In this document: piece after piece, positions 58,326-64,000 of the stretch | How the letters are laid out: each line of letters begins with the position of its first letter | How positions within the stretch are numbered: position 1 is the stretch's first letter | DNA from: Candidatus Aenigmatarchaeota archaeon | GTDB lineage: Archaea > Aenigmatarchaeota > Aenigmatarchaeia > CG10238-14 > SpSt-28 | Length of the DNA: 64,000 nucleotides | Assembly: GCA_038742305.1 (NCBI GenBank) | Contig: JAVYKI010000003.1 | Span: 181 to 64,180 of the forward strand | Direction of reading: 5' to 3' | Notes under the pieces: model-generated | What the model was told of the DNA's origin: nothing | What the model saw: the letters and a program-made list of their open reading frames with translations, nothing else | Database searches by the model: none | Program-made: the position numbers and the translations under genes

Positions 58326-59330
58326 TTATTTAGAAACAACGTTTATAGGATTGCCTTTAATAAAAGAAATAATGTTTTCAAGAGTAATTCTTTTTATTTC
58401 TTCTAGAGCTTCTATACTATTAAAAGCATTGTGTGGAGTAATTAAAACTCCTTTTGCTTGGTCTTCCAATTCAAAAAGAATATAATTAGCTAAAATATTT
58501 TTTGTTTCTTCTTCACTAAGCTCTTTTCCAAATATTTCTAATTCCTCTTTTATTTCTGGTTCATTCTCTAAAACATCTAATGCAGCATACTTTACTTTTC
58601 CCAATCCAATATATTTAATTAGCGCTTTAGTATCTATTAAACCTCCTCTTGCAGTATTTATTATAATTATTCCATTCTTCATTTTTTCAAAAGCATTTTC
58701 ATTTAACAAATGATAATTTTCTTTTGTTAAATTTGCATGCAAAGAAATTATATCTGCTTCTTTTAAAAGTGTATCAAAATCAACATATTCATATCCAATT
58801 CTTTTCGCTTCTTCAAAGTTTGGATAAATATCATAAGCGATAACTCTCATTCCAAAAGCTTTAGCAAGCTCTGCAACTCTTCTTCCAATTTTTCCAGCTC
58901 CAATTATTCCTAATGTTTTTCCTTTAAGCTCGAAACCTGTTAAACCTTTATTTGAGAAATTTCCTTTTCTAGTTCTTTCAAAACTTTCGAAAAGTCTTCT
59001 TGAAATAGCTAAAATTAAAGCAATAGTATGCTCAGCAACAGTTTCAATACCATAAGCTGGAACATTGGAAACTACTATTCCTCTTTTTTTGCATTCTTCT
59101 ATATCAATATGGTCATAGCCAGTGGATCTGGTACAAATAAATTTTACATTTTTCAATTTTTCCAAAATTTTTGAATTTATTCTTGAATCTACAAAAACAG
59201 AAATAATTTCAGCATCAACTAAATTATTTTCATTTAGCGGCTCTTTAAAAAAATATAATTCAAAATCTTTTAATTCTTTAGAAAAAAATTCTACTTCATC
59301 TTCTCTAGCTTCATAAAAAGCTATTCGCAT
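58326..59330 (-). CDS. D-2-hydroxyacid (D-lactate-type) dehydrogenase
   Basis: RSTGYDHID, VAEH, GAGKIG, NTARG, LDVLE, TPHNAF. Confidence 0.93.
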   Translation of the reverse strand: MRIAFYEAREDEVEFFSKELKDFELYFFKEPLNENNLVDAEIISVFVDSRINSKILEKLKNVKFICTRSTGYDHIDIEECKKRGIVVSNVPAYGIETVAEHTIALILAISRRLFESFERTRKGNFSNKGLTGFELKGKTLGIIGAGKIGRRVAELAKAFGMRVIAYDIYPNFEEAKRIGYEYVDFDTLLKEADIISLHANLTKENYHLLNENAFEKMKNGIIIINTARGGLIDTKALIKYIGLGKVKYAALDVLENEPEIKEELEIFGKELSEEETKNILANYILFELEDQAKGVLITPHNAFNSIEALEEIKRITLENIISFIKGNPINVVSK

Positions 59331-59926
59331 TTAGTATATCCACAAGAGGGATTAATACAATAATAACATCCACTTTCAACTTTTAAAGTTTTTGTTCCGC
59401 ATTTTGGACAAATTTGTAAATGAGAAATATCTATTTCTTCAACCTTTTCATTTTTATAGTTTAAAAAAACTTTATTTTCTTCCTTTTTTATAATTCCCAT
59501 TTCAATAAAGAAATCTTCTATGACATTTGCAATTTCTCCATACAAAGAAGTTATTACTCTTCCATTTTTTAAATATGCTTTTCCATTAGGATCATATATA
59601 CTTCTTAGTTCTTCTATAATAAAAGTTGGGTCTTCGCTTCTTCTAAAAATAGCAGATAATAATCTTGTTAAAGCTGCAAACTCTGCAGCTCTAGTTAAAT
59701 CTTTACTATTTATAAATATTTCAAAAGGCCTAACTTTTCCATCTTGCTTTATATAACCAATAGTTATAAAAATGCTATGTCTTGCAAAATTGCTTTTTAA
59801 TTTATAAACTTTTGCATCAACTACATATGGTCTTTCTAATGCTACAGAAGAAATTTCTTCTTTTCTTTCCTTTTTCTCTTCAACTTCTTTTACTTTTATT
59901 TCTTCTAAAGATTCTATTTTTATCAT
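59321..59926 (-). CDS. Class II ribonucleotide reductase C-terminal subunit (NrdJb/TSCPD plus Zn ribbon)
   Basis: RPFEIFINS..ALTRLLSAIFR, CPKCG..ESGCYYC..CGYTKC. Confidence 0.88.
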   Translation of the reverse strand: MIKIESLEEIKVKEVEEKKERKEEISSVALERPYVVDAKVYKLKSNFARHSIFITIGYIKQDGKVRPFEIFINSKDLTRAAEFAALTRLLSAIFRRSEDPTFIIEELRSIYDPNGKAYLKNGRVITSLYGEIANVIEDFFIEMGIIKKEENKVFLNYKNEKVEEIDISHLQICPKCGTKTLKVESGCYYCINPSCGYTKCE

Positions 59927-62436
59927 ATCTTAATTTTTCCTTCTTTCCAGAGATGATATAGAGTAGTCATTTTATCTTTTATAATAATAACTTCATCCCC
60001 TCTTATTAAAAATTTCTTTCCTTTTACATACAATTCAAAAACTTTTTTGCTAAACTCATCAAAATCCTTCTTTTCTCTAATTTCAGTTAATATTCCGAAT
60101 CTGCTACCCTCTCTATAAACTGTTACACTTTTTAATCCCATTTTCCAAGCATAAATGTATAAATCAGATATAGTTTCAGGATGGATATCTGCAGGCAAAT
60201 TTATTGTACTAGAAATGCTATGGTCTATATACTTTTGAGCTATAGCTTGAATTTCCACTCTTTTAAACGGATCAATATAATGAGCAGTTTTAAAGAAGCA
60301 TTTAGGCAAAAGCTTTTTCAATTCTTCTAAATCTTTTGCATCTTGAACTTCTTTATTTATTCCTTTTAAATCTATGTATGCTTGAACTGTACTATGAAAT
60401 ATTTTAAATATTCTATTTCTTTCAACAGTTTCTGTTCTTCTCGTATAATATAGTGCAAAAATCGGTTCTATTCCACCGCTTACTCCAATATAATTTTTTC
60501 CGTTTATGGAAAAAGATACTGCAATGTTCGAAATTGTTCCTGTTGGTGCAATAGAAAGTAATGCAATATTTCTAATTCCATAAATTCTAATCATTTCCCT
60601 TATTTTTGGAGAAATAGATTCTTTTATAAATGGGTTTTCTAGATACTTATCATAATCTATTTCGAGCTTTCCTTTTTCTTTTGCAAGAATGCAGCTAGCA
60701 TAATAAGCAGAGTTTGCAATAATTTTCATTACATTTTCTAAAACTTTTAATGCTTCATCAGAATCATAATCTATTAGCAATTGAATAAACATATCAGCAA
60801 TTCCCATAACTCCTAATCCAATTCTTCTAGTTTTTCTACTTGCTTCTCTTTGTTTTTCTAATGGATGTAAAAGAATATTCCATTCAACAACATTATCCAT
60901 AAACCTTATTGCATATATTACAACTTTTTTGAGCAGAGAATAATCTATTTTTGCATTTTCTGTAAATGGATAAATTACAAACCTTGAAAGATTTATTGAA
61001 CCTAAATTGCATGCTCCACCATCTTCTAATGGAACTTCACTACAAGGATTTGTTGTTATTATAGGAAAGCCAGCATAATCACTTGGGCTATATTTTTTCA
61101 TTCTGCTCCAAAACATTATTCCAGGCTCTGCAGTTTTATAATTGCTTGCAACAAATTCATTCCAAATATCTCTAGCTTTTATTAGTTTTCTTATTTCTCC
61201 TGTTTGTTCGCTAGAAAAGTAAAGCATAAAATCTCCAGAAAACCTTATTGCTAAATCAAAGTTTTCATTTTCTAATTCAATAACATAATCTCCAAAAACA
61301 TCCCTTTTATAAGCATCTTGCAATTCTTCTAAAGTTACATTTTTATTATATTGTTTTAAGTATTCGTTCAATTCTTCTATGCTAGAAAAAACTTTTTCTA
61401 ACTTATAATTTTCTATATTTTTAGAAGGAATTCCGTAAGAGTAATGAACATCTTTTATATTATCAACTCTTTTAATAGTTTTTTTATCGAATTTTTTATA
61501 AACTAAAATTTTATCATTTCCAAATTTATTTTGTTCTTCTAAAGCTTGCATGAATTCATCAGAAACTTTTATGCTAATGTTTGCAAACCTAACTTGAGTA
61601 TTTTCCATTACTTGCTTCTCTATTTCTTTTAATTGTTCTTCTGTAAAGTTTCCAGTTAATCTTAATTGTTCAACTATTTGTTTGGTTGTCCAATTTGGAA
61701 CTTGCTTAATTTTTATAAAATCTAGAACATCAGGATGCTTTACATCTATTGTTAACATTAAGGCGCCTCTTCTTCCTTCTTGACCAATAATTCCAGTTGT
61801 TAAAGAATATAATTCCATAAAGCTCACTGAGCCAGTAGAGAATAGAGCAGCATTATGAACAACAGAACCTTTTGGCCTTAAAACACTAATATCAATTCCT
61901 ATTCCTCCTCCATATGAATATGTTCTAGCAGCTTCCATAGAAGCTTTCCAAATACCTTCAATGCTATCATCTTCAATTATTGTAACAAAGCAATTTGCCA
62001 AAGTTTTTACTCTATACAAATCTCCAGCACCAGCTAAAACTCTTCCTGCAGGAATAAAAAAACTTTCGTACATTAACTTGTAAAATATCTTTGCAAATTT
62101 TATTGGCTTTTTTTCAACAGAAGCTATGAAAGAAGCAACTCTTAAAAATAAATGCTCTGGCTTTGTTTCTATAAAATTACCTTCTAAATCTTTTAAATAA
62201 TATTTATTTTTGTAAATGCTTATTGCAAGTTCATTATTTCCTAAATAATTTTCATGCTTTGGCAATTTGCCTTCATCATAAAGCTTTAGCATTTTGAAAT
62301 AAACTTTTTTAAATTTTTCTATTCTCTCTTTTCCAATAATTTTAACTAATTTTGGGTTAGGATTTTCAAACATTTTTTTCATTTTTTGAGCTAATTCTCT
62401 TGCTTCTTCAGTTTTAAAACTTAAGGTAAGTTCCAT
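59923..62436 (-). CDS. nrdJ: Adenosylcobalamin-dependent ribonucleotide reductase (NrdJa)
   Basis: LANCFV, GGGIG, GRRGALM, TNPCSE, CNLGSINL, IAPTGT, SGGIEP, SISSTIN, TVYREGSR. Confidence 0.96.
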   Translation of the reverse strand: MELTLSFKTEEARELAQKMKKMFENPNPKLVKIIGKERIEKFKKVYFKMLKLYDEGKLPKHENYLGNNELAISIYKNKYYLKDLEGNFIETKPEHLFLRVASFIASVEKKPIKFAKIFYKLMYESFFIPAGRVLAGAGDLYRVKTLANCFVTIIEDDSIEGIWKASMEAARTYSYGGGIGIDISVLRPKGSVVHNAALFSTGSVSFMELYSLTTGIIGQEGRRGALMLTIDVKHPDVLDFIKIKQVPNWTTKQIVEQLRLTGNFTEEQLKEIEKQVMENTQVRFANISIKVSDEFMQALEEQNKFGNDKILVYKKFDKKTIKRVDNIKDVHYSYGIPSKNIENYKLEKVFSSIEELNEYLKQYNKNVTLEELQDAYKRDVFGDYVIELENENFDLAIRFSGDFMLYFSSEQTGEIRKLIKARDIWNEFVASNYKTAEPGIMFWSRMKKYSPSDYAGFPIITTNPCSEVPLEDGGACNLGSINLSRFVIYPFTENAKIDYSLLKKVVIYAIRFMDNVVEWNILLHPLEKQREASRKTRRIGLGVMGIADMFIQLLIDYDSDEALKVLENVMKIIANSAYYASCILAKEKGKLEIDYDKYLENPFIKESISPKIREMIRIYGIRNIALLSIAPTGTISNIAVSFSINGKNYIGVSGGIEPIFALYYTRRTETVERNRIFKIFHSTVQAYIDLKGINKEVQDAKDLEELKKLLPKCFFKTAHYIDPFKRVEIQAIAQKYIDHSISSTINLPADIHPETISDLYIYAWKMGLKSVTVYREGSRFGILTEIREKKDFDEFSKKVFELYVKGKKFLIRGDEVIIIKDKMTTLYHLWKEGKIKI

Positions 62437-62510
62437 AGATTATTTAGTTAATTATTTCTAAAAATGATTTCTCTAGATAATTGGATATAATCAAATAAAC
62501 AAAATTAGTT

Positions 62511-62584
62511 TGGGGCCGCTGGGATTTGAACCCAGGCTACTGGTACCCGAAACCAGCGTCCTAACCAAGCTAGACTACGGCCCC
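62511..62584 (-). tRNA. tRNA-Pro(CGG)
   Basis: CTGGT-TT-CGG-GT-ACCAG; acceptor GGGGCCG/CGGCCCC-A. Confidence 0.95.
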
Positions 62585-62862
62585 GAAAAAGATTTAATCC
62601 AAGAACACTTATTTTCAATACATTTACAAGAAAAATTTAAATTTTTGTGACATTCTTTAAATATGCAAGGAGTAAAAATAATTTCTTCATATTTTGATTG
62701 GCAAACTTCATTATTGCAACCGCTAACTATACAATCTTCATCATTATAACATTTTCCATAGGTCGAAATTCCGCAAAATTCTACATTTTCTTTTTTAGAA
62801 AGAATTAGTATAGAAAAGATAATAGATAAAGCGATTATTAAGCTTAGAATTAAGTTTTTCAT
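62575..62862 (-). CDS. Secreted eight-cysteine-cluster domain protein
   Basis: N-terminal TM; FCGISTYGKC..DC..SGCNNEVC..C...C..CKC..KCSW. Confidence 0.85.
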   Translation of the reverse strand: MKNLILSLIIALSIIFSILILSKKENVEFCGISTYGKCYNDEDCIVSGCNNEVCQSKYEEIIFTPCIFKECHKNLNFSCKCIENKCSWIKSFSGP

Positions 62863-62866
62863 AATT

Positions 62867-64000
62867 TTATTCAACTTCTTCGAACTTAAATCCAAACTCT
62901 TTTAAAATTTTTTGATTTAAATCTTCTTCAGAAACTTGTTTCTTTATTTTTTCAGCAATTTTTGGTCCAATAATTATTGCTAAAGTTTGATAAGGAATTT
63001 TCCTTAAAGTTTCAATACTCTTTATTCCATGCAAATAAAGTTTTCTTGCTCTTGCTCTTCCAATTCCTTCTAATCTTATTAATGGCAATAACTCTTCTTT
63101 TATTCCATACTTAACTCTAATTCTCATTTTCTTAATTTCTTTTAGAATTTCCATTTTTCCCTTTAATAATGCTAATTCATGTAAACTATATAAAATCCAG
63201 TCAGCAATTTCTACAATATTTCTGAGCTCTCCAGGAGTAACTCCATACTTCTTCATTATTTCATCTTCGCTTAATTCGTTTATCCAATCAAATAAAATCA
63301 TAGAAACTTTTAAGCTAGGCAAAATGTATTCAAACTCAATTTCATATTCTTCTGGAGCTTTTATAGGAAAAAATTGTTTATTTTCGTAATAAAACTTAAT
63401 TATTTTTTCATATTCCTTTTCTTTTACATTTAGCAAAAATTTCATTTCTGTTGTTAAAGAAATTAAAATTAAAAATGATATATCTTTTTTCAAATTTTCT
63501 AAACCATCTAATAAAATTTTTGCAGATAAAGGATCAATATAAAGCTCGCTTACTCTTTTACCTATTCTTGTAGTTTCGTAATTTTCTTTTTTTATTATAA
63601 AATTCCAATTATCTAACAATTTTATAATTTCTTTTATTTTTTCCCTTAAATATCTTAAATTTTTTGTTTGAACAAAAAAGAATGTTTTTTTGAAAAATTT
63701 TTCTAAACTTTTTTCATTATTACAAAAATTGTTTGCTATTAATGAAAGAATTTGAGACCTTAATATTATTTCGTTTCCTATTTTAGAAGTTATTTCTTCT
63801 ATTTCTCCAGCAACATATTTTCTAAAAAGTTTTTTTGCTTCTAAAGGAGTTTTAGCATAAATTAATCCTAAACCAAAATTATCATAAGGAACTCTTCCAG
63901 CTCTTCCTACCATTTGCTTATATTCTAAAACACTTATTTCTTCTCTATATCTCTTATAATTTGCAATTATTACACAAAAAGCTGGTAAATTTAAGCCCAT
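62867..64000 (-). CDS. hel308: Ski2-like helicase Hel308 (5' part outside the window)
   Basis: GLNLPA, EYKQMVGRAGR, GKRVSELYIDP, RVKYG, GIGRARARKL. Confidence 0.95.
   Translation of the reverse strand: MGLNLPAFCVIIANYKRYREEISVLEYKQMVGRAGRVPYDNFGLGLIYAKTPLEAKKLFRKYVAGEIEEITSKIGNEIILRSQILSLIANNFCNNEKSLEKFFKKTFFFVQTKNLRYLREKIKEIIKLLDNWNFIIKKENYETTRIGKRVSELYIDPLSAKILLDGLENLKKDISFLILISLTTEMKFLLNVKEKEYEKIIKFYYENKQFFPIKAPEEYEIEFEYILPSLKVSMILFDWINELSEDEIMKKYGVTPGELRNIVEIADWILYSLHELALLKGKMEILKEIKKMRIRVKYGIKEELLPLIRLEGIGRARARKLYLHGIKSIETLRKIPYQTLAIIIGPKIAEKIKKQVSEEDLNQKILKEFGFKFEEVE

Noticed and set aside
4640..59756. Numerous short antisense or alternate-frame ORFs in the track (e.g. 4640..4990, 5820..6188, 9564..9860, 20672..21079, 59520..59756)
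   Set aside because: Fully nested in well-supported genes, with F/S/I/L-rich composition typical of shadows of AT-rich coding strands
61230..61540. Intein in nrdJ
   Set aside because: No C/S start with HN-C/S/T end and no LAGLIDADG motifs; treated as an ordinary insertion

Overview
AT-rich, very gene-dense chromosomal segment of an archaeon. It encodes an archaeal histone, RadA, PCNA, TFS, Rpo3, Nop5/fibrillarin and eukaryote-type ribosomal proteins. Fragmented ribosomal-protein operons, minimal intergenic space and apparently leaderless genes suggest a reduced DPANN-type genome (inference). Content is mostly housekeeping: translation, transcription, replication/repair, lower glycolysis and class II RNR. 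It also has 8 tRNA genes (2 with introns), an SRP RNA, a LAGLIDADG intein in RadA, surface-protein loci and several microproteins missed by the ORF track. I found no CRISPR array, integrase or transposase. Most unusual signals: (1) rplP0/uL10 is fused in frame to the stalk protein P1/L12, with an apparent internal promoter; (2) the SRP RNA appears to lack helix 6 and has an extra Alu-domain hairpin; (3) both tRNA introns are complementary to a different anticodon than that of their host tRNA; (4) a wHTH-PC4-like / unknown / PIN module with a palindromic operator sits next to tRNA-Leu; (5) a pilin / pilin-LamG locus; (6) several intact ORFs that have lost catalytic motifs; (7) extremely acidic and extremely basic microproteins. 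All family calls come from motif recognition by eye, not database searches.
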